A DNA stretch of 64,000 nt from an uncultured Collinsella sp. (GCA_902462065.1 CABQAK010000004.1:16396-80395), one strand, 5' to 3'; shown: positions 17,999 through 27,247, counted from the first letter of the stretch. A program made the numbers and translations. Notes: a model not told the origin generated them from the letters alone.

Positions 17999-18490
17999 TT
18001 ACGCCTCACGCAGCCAGTCGAACGCAACACGCGGCGTGCCGTCCGACACATACACGACGCCGGCACGCTCGAACCCCGCCTTAATACTCGCACCCTGCAT
18101 GGGCAGGTTGTCCTGATGCGTGTCGATGCGCAGGTGATCGGCACGCTCCTTGGCAAAGGCAAACATCGCAGCCGCGATACCGTGCGCGGTGCCGTCGGAC
18201 GCCACACGGTGCAGCACGGCGTACGGAGTGTCGCTGCGCCATTGCCCGTCCTCTATTACGTCATAGCACTCGTCCGGGCCCGGCAAAAAGGCAAACGTCG
18301 CCACCACGCGGCCATCGACTTCGCACACATAGCTGCCACCGGCGGCGATATCGGCAGCCAGTTGCTCGGCAGAAGGCGTGCCCTCGGGCCACTGCGTGGC
18401 GTTGCCATGCGCGCGCATAAAGGCGCGGGCCGCGTCATAGATAGCCATGACAGCGGGAATGTCGGTATCGAGGGTTTTTCTGATCATCAC
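17999..18490 (-). CDS. GNAT-family N-acetyltransferase
   Basis: 163 aa with a GNAT fold pattern (RVASDGTAHGIAAAMFAFA..., IDTHQDNLPMQ). The ATG at 18487 is an equally likely start. Confidence 0.75.
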   Translation of the reverse strand: MMIRKTLDTDIPAVMAIYDAARAFMRAHGNATQWPEGTPSAEQLAADIAAGGSYVCEVDGRVVATFAFLPGPDECYDVIEDGQWRSDTPYAVLHRVASDGTAHGIAAAMFAFAKERADHLRIDTHQDNLPMQGASIKAGFERAGVVYVSDGTPRVAFDWLREA

Positions 18491-18564
18491 GCGGCGACCT
18501 CACGTTTATTGGTATCACTTTGATTGAGCAATAATACCAGCGTTTGGAGAGGGGCACGAAGCAG

Positions 18565-18861
18565 ATGGGGAGCAAAAAGCGAGCCGCCTGGTCAAAAGCC
18601 AAAAGCGAGTTTTTGGGCGCTGCCACGGGCGGCGATATGAGCGACCTGTTTGCGCGCGAAGACGAGCGCCGCGACGCCCTGAACGCCGAGCGCGATGAAG
18701 CTTGGCGCTACAAGTCGTGCGAACGCAAAAACCGTTACGACACGCGCGCCGAGGCCGAGGCCGTTATGGCCGACTGCGAAAACCGCGGACGCCGCGGGCT
18801 GGCCTGCTACAAATGCGAATACTGCGGCGGCTGGCACCTGACGTCGCACCCTTGGAAATAG
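18565..18861 (+). CDS. Small zinc-ribbon hypothetical protein
   Basis: C-terminal CYKCEYCGGWHLTS motif. The ATG at 18565 lies 9 nt after ggagagggg. The track ORF starts at a TTG at 18544. Confidence 0.55.
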   Translation: MGSKKRAAWSKAKSEFLGAATGGDMSDLFAREDERRDALNAERDEAWRYKSCERKNRYDTRAEAEAVMADCENRGRRGLACYKCEYCGGWHLTSHPWK

Positions 18862-18909
18862 GCGCCGCATCGGCACGGCATTGACGGAGCGCCAGCCATC
18901 GCACGCAAG

Positions 18910-19614
18910 CTACGGGCGCGGCGGCACCAAAACATCGTAACGAACGGCCTTGCCCGCAAGTTGATAGCTCGGCTTAACGCCGGCAAGCAGTGGCCCCTTC
19001 ACCGGTCGCTTGATAACGACCTTGCGCGGGTGCACCGCAAGCGCAGCTTCGACCAACGTCTCCTCATCGGCGCACGGCTGTTCCAGATGATGCAAGAGTT
19101 GGAACTTCTTTTTAACCGCCGCGCTCTTGGTGCGTCCGGGAAACATGGGGTCCAGATACACCACGTCAGGAGCGGTGAGCTCGCCCTGCCCGATCAGCCC
19201 AGCTGTATGGCGAAGGCCGGCAATGCTGTCCTCGCCCGCATGTAAGCGCATGCGCGCCACGGCTGTCGCAAGCGCCGGATCATCTGCCGCGCGATCCAAG
19301 GCATCCTTGAGGAGCGCCGCGATCACGCAATCCTGCTCATACAGATCGACGGTAAAGCCCGCGGCCGCCAGCAGCAGCGAATCCTCGCCAAAGCCTGCCG
19401 TGGCGTCAATCGCCCATGGGCTCTCGATGCCTTTTGCGCGCGCAGCCTTTACCAGCAGTTCTTGCTGCAGACGGCCCTGCTTGAGCCGTGGAAGCATGCG
19501 GCCAAAATTGGCACGCAGCTCCATCGTGCCGTCGGTGAGCGTGAGGCCCTCGGACTTCCCGATCAGCTCAAGCCCCGCGGACCGAGCAACAGAAAAGGGA
19601 TCGACGACGCCCAT
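18910..19614 (-). CDS. rsmJ: 16S rRNA (guanine1516-N2)-methyltransferase-like SAM methyltransferase
   Basis: DATAGFGEDSLLLAAAGF and DVVYLDPMFP are RsmJ (DUF548) signatures. The ATG follows aaggag. Confidence 0.75.
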   Translation of the reverse strand: MGVVDPFSVARSAGLELIGKSEGLTLTDGTMELRANFGRMLPRLKQGRLQQELLVKAARAKGIESPWAIDATAGFGEDSLLLAAAGFTVDLYEQDCVIAALLKDALDRAADDPALATAVARMRLHAGEDSIAGLRHTAGLIGQGELTAPDVVYLDPMFPGRTKSAAVKKKFQLLHHLEQPCADEETLVEAALAVHPRKVVIKRPVKGPLLAGVKPSYQLAGKAVRYDVLVPPRP

Positions 19615-19677
19615 GGGTACTCCTTAACAAGCAAAACGAATACGTGAGCGCCGTTTATGTCGGCACCCAACCGTCCG

Positions 19678-19821
19678 CTATTGTCCCACATGCGACATGG
19701 CCCACAGCATCCCAATGCAAAGCACCGCCATCAATCCCGTGCACACGGCAGCGATCACAGAATCACCCATGCGCCTTCCCAACGACCGCGGCTCATGCAC
19801 TTGCCCTGCTCCGTACATCAT
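19678..19821 (-). CDS. 47-aa small membrane protein, too short for the ORF track
   Basis: aaggaggagcc precedes the ATG. It translates to MMYGAGQVHEPRSLGRRMGDSVIAAVCTGLMAVLCIGMLWAMSHVGQ, which contains one hydrophobic helix. It lies 63 nt upstream of rsmJ on the same strand. Confidence 0.4.
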   Translation of the reverse strand: MMYGAGQVHEPRSLGRRMGDSVIAAVCTGLMAVLCIGMLWAMSHVGQ

Positions 19822-20052
19822 GGCTCCTCCTTGAGACCAGCTCTTACCATGGACCCATCATCGCAGCGCCGCGCATACGCTGCCATCGATTTGACTTACG
19901 CCCAGCTTTCCTTTTTGAAAGGTTGGGGCTGCCTGCGCAGGCTCAAAGCGCTTTCAGGCGCATGCATCGCCGCGTTGAACTACAATGTGCTTCACCATAT
20001 GTGCAGTACATTGGGTGCGCCAAGTTGGTGTACTCGTATCGAAAGGACCAGT

Positions 20053-20455
20053 CATGAGCTTCACTCGCAAGACTCTCAAAATCCTTGCTCTCATCTACTT
20101 TGTTTTGGGCATCGCCAGCCTCGTCACCGCCGGCGTCGGTATCGCCACGGGCGGTCTCGATTCCACGTACGGTTCGTACGCCACGCTCGCAGCGGTCGTG
20201 CTTATCGCCAAGGGTCTCGTCGACCTTGCCGCAGGCGTCGCCGGTATCAAGGGCGCCAACAAGCCTTCGCAGGTGGACGGCGCGTTTAAGCTCGGTATTG
20301 TTGCCGCGGTCGCCACGCTTGCCCAAGCGGTGCTCACGCTTCCCGCGTTTGGCGGCGACGCCATCAACTTTGGCGCCTTTGTCATCGTGGTGTACGACCT
20401 GTTCTTTGTTCAGCAGGCACACGCCGTTAAGGCCGAGAACAAGGACCGCCTATAA
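20053..20455 (+). CDS. Hypothetical multi-pass membrane protein
   Basis: 133 aa with four hydrophobic segments. The ATG follows gaaagga. Confidence 0.55.
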
Positions 20456-20493
20456 GCGCTCGCTTCTCATAACCTCTGCAGCCAAGCAACTAA

Positions 20494-20529
20494 AAAGGGC
20501 CGATCGCGCATCTCCGCGGTCGGCCCTTT
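20494..20529 (+). terminator. Terminator hairpin
   Basis: aaagggccgatcgcg pairs with cgcggtcggcccttt. Confidence 0.6.
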
Positions 20530-20545
20530 ACGTTTGCCCAGATAA

Positions 20546-20582
20546 AACCTACCAAAATAAACCTGTCCCTTTTTGGCAGGTT
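20546..20582. repeat. Conserved hairpin related to family P
   Basis: aacctaccaaaa (loop taaacctgtccct) ttttggcaggtt. The loop and right arm are identical to 1-21, and the core caaaaagggacagg resembles the family P core. Confidence 0.65.
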
Positions 20583-20583
20583 G

Positions 20584-21399
20584 TTAGCTGTGACGGTACT
20601 CGGCGATGATGAAGTCGATATCGGTCTGGAGCGTGTCCAAGTTTGCCAGGCGCTCTTTGTCGGCAGGGCGCGTGCGATAGTAGTACGGCGTCATCTGGAA
20701 CACCGCCTCGATGTCGGCCTGGGTCTGAAGTGTAATATTCGCAGACACCCGCTGCGTTCCGACCAACTCGAGCTCGGTAGTCTTCGGCAGTTTCTCATCG
20801 TTAAGGTACGGCGTGTCGTAGAGCACCTCCTTGAGCCCAAACAGATGACGGGCACCCGGCACCACGGTATAGAGTGAGCCCTCGGGTGCCAGCACGCGGG
20901 CAAACTCGCGCTCGTTAAAGGGGGCGAAGAGCTCAGTCACCATATCGAAGGCGCCATCGGCCACGGGGATATCCTTCATGTTGGCGACGAAGTAGGTCGC
21001 ATCGCCGCGCTTGGCGGCCAGACGCACCATCTCTTTGCCCAAGTCGAACCCGTAAGAGTCCACACCCGGCACCGCGCCCATGGCGCTGGTGTAATAGCCC
21101 TCGCCGCAGCAAATATCGAGCAGCGTCATGGGGCCACTCATAGACGCGGCACGCCCAGACACCTGTTTGCGCACCAGCTCGACCATCGCATCGCGCAACG
21201 GCGCGTAGTATCCACGGTTCAGAAAGTCACGACGGCTGCGCGCCTGCGACTTGGGATCACCCATGGAGTCGCCGCTCTTGGACGAGCGCAGCAGATATAG
21301 ATAGCCCTCGCGCGCACGGTCAAACCGGTGTCCGCTCGCGCATGCAGCACCGCGTTCATTGTCCACCAACGGCTCATGGCAAACGGGACACAACAACAT
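20584..21399 (-). CDS. rlmA: 23S rRNA (guanine745-N1)-methyltransferase-like
   Basis: N-terminal zinc motif CPVCHEPL..CASGHRFD plus the SAM motif LLDICCGEGYY. The ATG follows aaggag. Confidence 0.8.
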   Translation of the reverse strand: MLLCPVCHEPLVDNERGAACASGHRFDRAREGYLYLLRSSKSGDSMGDPKSQARSRRDFLNRGYYAPLRDAMVELVRKQVSGRAASMSGPMTLLDICCGEGYYTSAMGAVPGVDSYGFDLGKEMVRLAAKRGDATYFVANMKDIPVADGAFDMVTELFAPFNEREFARVLAPEGSLYTVVPGARHLFGLKEVLYDTPYLNDEKLPKTTELELVGTQRVSANITLQTQADIEAVFQMTPYYYRTRPADKERLANLDTLQTDIDFIIAEYRHS

Positions 21400-21457
21400 G
21401 GCAACTCCTTAGCGCGAACAACACAACGCACACCATTGTCGCACGCCTTCCCCACCT

Positions 21458-21519
21458 AGTCATTGGGGACGTTCTTGAATGACTAGTCGCTTAAGAACGT
21501 CCCCAATGACTAGTCGATT
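21458..21519. repeat. 60-bp hairpin element (family X)
   Basis: tagtcattggggacgttctt pairs with aagaacgtccccaatgacta as a 20-bp perfect stem. An internal direct repeat atgactagtcg is present. A second copy lies at 47312-47372. Confidence 0.75.
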
Positions 21520-21577
21520 AGGAGTATCATCATCTGCGCAAATAAGCACGAAAGAGCATGTTAGAGATTGAGAGCGT

Positions 21578-22960
21578 ATGGCTGATACCGTATCTAAGCA
21601 CATTGACATGACCACCGGCTCGCTGTGGCGCAATATTCCCCTGTTCGCCTTCCCCGTGGCCGCCACGAGCATCTTGGAGCAGCTGTCGAACCTCATCGCC
21701 ACGGTCATCATCGGTAACTTCTCGGGCGACCAGGGAACCCTCGCCATGGCGGCGGTCGGCTCCAATGTTCCGCTTACCAGTCTTATGCTCAACCTGTTTA
21801 TTGGCATGTCGCTTGGCTCCAACGTGGTCATCGCCAACGCTATCGGCCGCAACGACCAAAACATGGTCAAACGCGCCGTCCATACCTCGATTTTAATGGC
21901 GCTCGTGGGCTTTGTCGTCATCGCCCTGGGCGAGATCTTTGCCGAGCCCATGCTCGCCGCGCTCAACGTTCCCGCCGAGACCATGCCGCTCGCCTCACTC
22001 TACCTACGTGTCTTTTTGCTCAGCATGCCCTCGATCTTGCTCTACAACTTTGAGGCTGCGATCTTCCGCTCCGTCGGCATCACCCGTATGCCGCTGCAGG
22101 CGCTTGCCGTGTCCACCGTCCTCAACATTGGCCTGGACCTCATCTTTGTCCCCGTACTCCACTGGGGCGTCGCGGGCGTCGCCATCGCCACCGCCATCGC
22201 CTACACCGTCAGCGCCGCTACGCTCTTTATCCGCCTGCTCAAGACCGACTCCGTCGTCCGCGTCACCCTACGCGACCTGGCTATCGACCCCGTCGCCCTC
22301 AAGCGCATCGTCAAGATCGGCCTGCCCGCCGGCATCCAAAGCGCCGTCTTTGCCGTCGCCAACATCATCATCCAGTCTGCCATCAACAGTCTGGGCACCG
22401 AGGTCATGGCGGCATCGAGTGCCGCCATGAGCCTGGAGTACGTGTGCTACAACCTGCTCAACAGCTTTAGCCAGGCTTGCACCACCTTTGTGGGACAAAA
22501 TCACGGCGCCCGCCAGATCGACCGCTGCACCAAGACGCTCAAGGTCTGCCTGGTCGAAGGCGGTATCGTTGCACTCACCACGATCATCGTTATTGTCGGC
22601 CTGGGGCGCGAGATCTTGTCGCTGTTCAATAGCGATCCCAGCATCGTCTCAATCGGCTATATCCGCGTGTGCTCGATCTTCCCGGCGTACGCCTTTAGCA
22701 TGTTCTACGAAAATATGTCAGGCTACCTGCGCGGCTTTGGTATCTCGCTCACGCCCGCCCTCATCACCATGATCTGCGTCTGCGGCATCCGCTTCTATTG
22801 GGTGTTCTGCGTGTTCCCGCACTTCCGCACCTTTGCGAACATCATGATGGTCTACCCCATCAGCCTGGGCACCACGGCGTTCTTTATGGTCGTAGCGGTA
22901 CTACTTTGCCACCCGGCACGCACCTATCGCGCCACCCAAGCCAAAGCGACAGCCCGCTAA
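21578..22960 (+). CDS. MATE-family efflux transporter
   Basis: 460 aa with a 12-TM pattern and the typical MATE N-terminus (TTGSLWRNIPLFAFPVAATSILEQL). Confidence 0.85.
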   Translation: MADTVSKHIDMTTGSLWRNIPLFAFPVAATSILEQLSNLIATVIIGNFSGDQGTLAMAAVGSNVPLTSLMLNLFIGMSLGSNVVIANAIGRNDQNMVKRAVHTSILMALVGFVVIALGEIFAEPMLAALNVPAETMPLASLYLRVFLLSMPSILLYNFEAAIFRSVGITRMPLQALAVSTVLNIGLDLIFVPVLHWGVAGVAIATAIAYTVSAATLFIRLLKTDSVVRVTLRDLAIDPVALKRIVKIGLPAGIQSAVFAVANIIIQSAINSLGTEVMAASSAAMSLEYVCYNLLNSFSQACTTFVGQNHGARQIDRCTKTLKVCLVEGGIVALTTIIVIVGLGREILSLFNSDPSIVSIGYIRVCSIFPAYAFSMFYENMSGYLRGFGISLTPALITMICVCGIRFYWVFCVFPHFRTFANIMMVYPISLGTTAFFMVVAVLLCHPARTYRATQAKATAR

Positions 22961-22987
22961 ACACCGCATTCAACGCCACGCCAGTCA

Positions 22988-23854
22988 TTAATTGACAATA
23001 TGCGAGCTCATATAGTCGATAAAGCGCCTCGTGGCGATGGGCATGGTGTCCCAGCTGCGCCAGGCGGCCACCACGTCGCGCGAGGGGGCATGCACGATAG
23101 GCCGCACACGGATATCGGCTTGCACGCCCTCAACGGTACGGCGATAAAGCATACTCACGCCTAGGCCCTCCTCGACCATCGCCATGATTGTGTAGTCGTC
23201 GGTCACCTCACTCGTCACGTGCGGCGACAACCCATGCGCCGCAAATGCATCGAGCACCAGGCTCTGTTCGCCCTCATCCAGCAACACAAACGGCTCGGAC
23301 GCCAGGTCGGCGAGCGTCACCTTCTCCTTTGCCGCCAGCGGATGCGCGGCCGGCAGCAGTGCCACCAACTCGTCGTGATAGACCACGCGCTTCTCGAGCC
23401 CCGCGGTAAACCCGCGTGCCGTAAAGCAAAAATCGACCACGCCATCGTGCACCCACTGGGCGTTGCGCGTGTAATCGCCCTGCTTGAGGGTAAAGTGCAC
23501 GCCCGGGTGCAGGGCTCCAAAGTCGCGGATTACGCGCGGCAACACGGTACGGCTCACGTTGGTAAACGTCGCAATGCGAATATCAGTCGAGGAGAGCCCC
23601 AGCAGCTCCTGGCGCTTGCCCTCGAGCTCGGCCTCGGCAGTTACGATCTGTCGCAGATACGGCAGATACTGCTTGCCATCGCGCGTAAGCGACACACCCT
23701 GTTTTCCGCGCTCGATAAGCGTGGTACCCAGCTCGCGTTCAAGCGCCTTGACGGCCTGGCTCACCGCACTTTGCGTATAGCCCAGCTCGTCCGCCGCGCC
23801 CTTAAGACTTCCGCAGTCGACCACCATACAAACGATCTGATACCGCGATGCCAT
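22988..23854 (-). CDS. LysR-family transcriptional regulator
   Basis: N-terminal HTH (GSLKGAADELGYTQSAVSQAVKALE) plus a LysR substrate-binding domain. It is divergent from the DMT transporter gene. Confidence 0.85.
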   Translation of the reverse strand: MASRYQIVCMVVDCGSLKGAADELGYTQSAVSQAVKALERELGTTLIERGKQGVSLTRDGKQYLPYLRQIVTAEAELEGKRQELLGLSSTDIRIATFTNVSRTVLPRVIRDFGALHPGVHFTLKQGDYTRNAQWVHDGVVDFCFTARGFTAGLEKRVVYHDELVALLPAAHPLAAKEKVTLADLASEPFVLLDEGEQSLVLDAFAAHGLSPHVTSEVTDDYTIMAMVEEGLGVSMLYRRTVEGVQADIRVRPIVHAPSRDVVAAWRSWDTMPIATRRFIDYMSSHIVN

Positions 23855-24012
23855 TGTGCCTCCACATCAATGCAGCCGTAAAACGTTTTGCCAGGGCTTT
23901 TTCTACCTACATTAGCATTTCTTAATCATACTGAAGATACATTCGCTTTACTACATCCACATCTGGGAGCAGAATCCTTTTTACGAAACCGTTCTATAAC
24001 AAAAGGAGTCCC

Positions 24013-24915
24013 ATGGATCGCAAAAAAGCAATCGCGCTCTCATTTTCCGTTCCCGTAGCATGGGGCTTTTCGTACCCCCTTATGAAGATCGGCATGGACA
24101 GCATGAACGCCACGAGCATCGTTGCGCTGCGCTGCATCATCGCCTTTGTTGCCTGCCTGCTGCTCTTCCACAAGCGCGCTTTCCGTATCAACCGCGACCT
24201 TATGGTTCGCGCCGCCATCATCGGCGCCATCATGGCAACCGAGCTCACCTGCATGTGCCTGGGCTCCAGCCTCACCTCTGCCTCCACTGCCGGCTTTTTG
24301 CAGAGCCTGACGGTCGTGATCGTGCCGTTTGCCAACGCCGCCCTGCTGCGCCGCGCCCCCGAGCGCAAGGTGCTCGTCGGCACCACCATCGTCACCTGCG
24401 GCATGCTACTGCTCTCGGGCGCCGACTTCACCAGCCTGAACCCGGGCGCGCTCATCATGCTGCTCTCGGCCTTTATCTATGCCAGTCACATTATCGTGGC
24501 CAAGCGCTTTGTCGAAGAAGTCGATCCGCTTGCTCTGGGCGTTTGGCAGCTGGGCTTCGGCGGCTTGTTCTCGGGCATCGCTGCATTCACCTTTGGCGGC
24601 TTCACGCTCCCCGGCACGCCCAGCGAGATCGTCGTTGTCGTCGCGCTCGCACTCATCTGCTCTGCCTACGGCTTTATCACCCAGACGCTCGTGCAGCCCC
24701 ACGTGCCCGCCGAGACCACCGGCTTCGCCTTCTCGCTCGAGCCGGTCTGCTCCGCCGTCTTCTCGTTCTTCCTGGTTGGCGAGGTCCTGAGCCCCATCGC
24801 CTTCTTTGGCGCCGCTCTCATCCTCACCGGCGTCATGGCGGCAACCGTCGAGCTTCCGCGCCTTCGCGCACATGGACAGGCTCGCATGGCAGGAGCGCCC
24901 GAGCACGTTTCGTAG
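24013..24915 (+). CDS. DMT-superfamily (EamA-like) transporter
   Basis: 300 aa with 10 hydrophobic segments in two EamA repeats. The ATG follows aaaggag. Confidence 0.8.
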   Translation: MDRKKAIALSFSVPVAWGFSYPLMKIGMDSMNATSIVALRCIIAFVACLLLFHKRAFRINRDLMVRAAIIGAIMATELTCMCLGSSLTSASTAGFLQSLTVVIVPFANAALLRRAPERKVLVGTTIVTCGMLLLSGADFTSLNPGALIMLLSAFIYASHIIVAKRFVEEVDPLALGVWQLGFGGLFSGIAAFTFGGFTLPGTPSEIVVVVALALICSAYGFITQTLVQPHVPAETTGFAFSLEPVCSAVFSFFLVGEVLSPIAFFGAALILTGVMAATVELPRLRAHGQARMAGAPEHVS

Positions 24916-25003
24916 ACCCCACTCTTCATACAGCCGCGGCATAAAGGCAACCGGTGCGCCTTTACAATAGATGCCAACAGAGCATCTGGCATAAAGGAGC
25001 CCC

Positions 25004-25729
25004 ATGGACACCGCAACTCGCGATCGCAACATAGCAACTTGGTTGGGCGATGCGCCGCAGCCGGTACGTGACACTACGAACCAGCTGCTCGAGCGCATCG
25101 CCCTTTTGCGTGCCGAGCAGACCATCTACCCGGCACAAGACGACATTCTCAATGCCCTCGCCTACACGCCGGCCGACCAGGTCAAGGTTGTCATCTTGGG
25201 TCAAGACCCCTATCACGGACCCAACCAGGCAATGGGACTGTCGTTCTCGATCCCCGCGACGCAAACCAAGTTGCCGCCGAGCCTGCGCAACATTTTCAAG
25301 GAACTCAATGCCGATCTGGGCTGCCCCATTCCCGCCACGGGAGACCTAACCCCATGGGCGCTGCAGGGCGTCCTGCTCCTCAACACTACGCTCACCGTGC
25401 GCGAGCATGCCGCCAACTCGCATGCCAAACTGGGCTGGAGCACGCTCACCAACTATGTTATCGAACGCTGCTGCCAGTTGCCCCAACCGATAGTCTTTTT
25501 GGCATGGGGCCGCTTTGCCCAGCAGATGGTCGAAGGCAAGCTCGCCGCGACCGGTGCGGGCAAGGCAACCGGCAAGTTCTGCCTGGCCTCTACGCACCCC
25601 TCGCCGCTTTCGGCCAACCGTGCCACGGCAGAACTCCCCGCCTTTATGGGGTCGCGCCCCTTCTCGGCAGCCAATCGGCTACTCGAACAGCACGGCTCGA
25701 CCCCCGTCAACTGGACTTGCCTCGGCTAA
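25004..25729 (+). CDS. ung: Uracil-DNA glycosylase
   Basis: GQDPYHGPNQAMGLSFS, LLLNT.LTV and HPSPLS are family-1 UDG signatures. Confidence 0.9.
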   Translation: MDTATRDRNIATWLGDAPQPVRDTTNQLLERIALLRAEQTIYPAQDDILNALAYTPADQVKVVILGQDPYHGPNQAMGLSFSIPATQTKLPPSLRNIFKELNADLGCPIPATGDLTPWALQGVLLLNTTLTVREHAANSHAKLGWSTLTNYVIERCCQLPQPIVFLAWGRFAQQMVEGKLAATGAGKATGKFCLASTHPSPLSANRATAELPAFMGSRPFSAANRLLEQHGSTPVNWTCLG

Positions 25730-25779
25730 AAATCGATACATCAAAAACGCGCCCGACGGCTTTCCATCGGGCGCGTTTC

Positions 25780-26460
25780 CTACTCGGGCCAAATAAATTG
25801 CGTGCGGCCGGCCTCGCCGCCATCGATCAGCAGGCTCTGCCCGGTCATAAACCGGTTGGTCACGCCCACAAAGTAGATCCACTCGGCGATCTCTTGGGCG
25901 GTGGCCCAGCGCTTAAGCGGTGTGAGCTCCATAATCTGGTTCCACAGGTGTTCGTCTTCCATCACGCAACGGTTGAGCGGCGTGATAACGCCGCCCGGGT
26001 CCACACTGTTGGCGATGGCCTGCGGTGCCAGCCGGTTTGCAAGGTTCTTGGTATAGGCGATAATGCCGCCCTTGCTGGCAGCATAGGCGGGAAACTCCGA
26101 TCCCGTATGCCCGCTCGCCGACCCCACATTGACCACGGATTTAATAGCCGGCGCCGGCTTGGCGGCAAGCCCCTCCCCCACAAAGGCGTAGCGCTCGGTC
26201 ACGTTGATGGTTCCACACAGGTTGGCGGCGATGTCGTCGGCCGAATCCTGCGTACCGGCAACGTTGAGGATTACCTGGGGTTCAAGGTCGCTTGGAAACG
26301 AGTCCGGCTCGCGGACATCAACGATCAGATGGCGGTAGCGCTCGTGTTCGATCGCCGCCGGCAGCAGATCAAAGCCCACGACCTCGTGGCCCTCGTCCAA
26401 AAAGCGCTGCACGCACGCGGCTCCGATACCACCCGAAGCGCCCGTGATCAAAACCCGCAT
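25780..26460 (-). CDS. SDR-family oxidoreductase
   Basis: ITGASGGIGAA (TGxxxGxG) and YAASKGG (YxxxK). Its RBS overlaps the end of yhhQ, so the two are probably co-transcribed. Confidence 0.8.
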   Translation of the reverse strand: MRVLITGASGGIGAACVQRFLDEGHEVVGFDLLPAAIEHERYRHLIVDVREPDSFPSDLEPQVILNVAGTQDSADDIAANLCGTINVTERYAFVGEGLAAKPAPAIKSVVNVGSASGHTGSEFPAYAASKGGIIAYTKNLANRLAPQAIANSVDPGGVITPLNRCVMEDEHLWNQIMELTPLKRWATAQEIAEWIYFVGVTNRFMTGQSLLIDGGEAGRTQFIWPE

Positions 26461-26469
26461 ACTTGCTCC

Positions 26470-27192
26470 TTAGGCGGTTGCGTGGCGCTCGAGGTACTCG
26501 GAGCCCACATTCTCGCGCTCCCAGCCGCGCACGACCTTGTAGCCCACGGGGCTCAGGAAGACCTCGCACAGCAGCTCGGCGACAGCGCCGGTCAGCGAGC
26601 ACATAAGGACCTGCACCCAGGTCCAACCAAAGAACGTGTGGCTCACTACAATGGCAAAGACCAGGTTGTCGATAAACTGGCCAACACCCGTGGACACATA
26701 GGAACGGAAGGCAAAGCTCGCAAAGTTATTCTTCTTGAGCATACGGCCGAGCGACTGGTTGAGCGTGGAGTTAACCACGGCAGAAACGAGCATTGCCAGC
26801 GAAGAGCCCAGCACCACGTACCAGGTGCCGCCGATGGTGGCGTTAAGGGCGGTGTTGACCTCGATCATGCCCGTGTCGTAGTAGGCGCCCCACATGCCGG
26901 GCGTGAGCGAACATGCCCAAAAGCACAGGCTCACGGCCAGGTTGACCAGTAGCGCGAGGATGGAGATTTTGATGGATGCCTTGGCGCCAAAGCGCTTGCA
27001 GATCATGTCCTGGCACAAAAACGAGACCCAGCTCACCACAAAGCCGCAATCGAGTGCCAGATACGGCAGGCTGATAAGCTCTTTGTTGGCCAGCAGGTTC
27101 ATCATGATGACACTCACGAAAAACAGCGAAACCGTTGCCGCGGGAATGCTCCGCAACAGGACCTTGTAGTCCTCCATGACCTTCTTGATCAT
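26470..27192 (-). CDS. yhhQ: VUT/YhhQ-family queuosine-precursor transporter
   Basis: 240 aa and YhhQ/DUF165-like (LALDCGFVVSWVSFLCQDMICKRFG, TGVGQFIDNLVF). Confidence 0.75.
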   Translation of the reverse strand: MIKKVMEDYKVLLRSIPAATVSLFFVSVIMMNLLANKELISLPYLALDCGFVVSWVSFLCQDMICKRFGAKASIKISILALLVNLAVSLCFWACSLTPGMWGAYYDTGMIEVNTALNATIGGTWYVVLGSSLAMLVSAVVNSTLNQSLGRMLKKNNFASFAFRSYVSTGVGQFIDNLVFAIVVSHTFFGWTWVQVLMCSLTGAVAELLCEVFLSPVGYKVVRGWERENVGSEYLERHATA

Positions 27193-27198
27193 TATGTA

Positions 27199-27247
27199 CT
27201 CCTTTGGTTTTAGGTTTAACGAGCAGGATATCGGACCCGAACTGCTC
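27199..27247 (-). promoter_or_regulatory. Candidate preQ1-I-like riboswitch overlapping the yhhQ RBS
   Basis: The minus strand reads gagcag-uucggguccgauauc-cugcuc-guuaaaccuaaaaccaaaggag. That gives a P1 stem, a loop starting UUC, and an A-rich tail that ends in the SD sequence. Loop GGGU can pair with tail ACCU to form a pseudoknot. The loop is longer than is typical. Confidence 0.35.

Noticed and set aside
25354-26952. 532-aa ORF spanning the ung 3' end, the SDR gene and yhhQ on the opposite strand
   Set aside because: It crosses three well-supported genes and an intergenic gap, and its sequence is low-complexity and Arg/Gly/His-rich.
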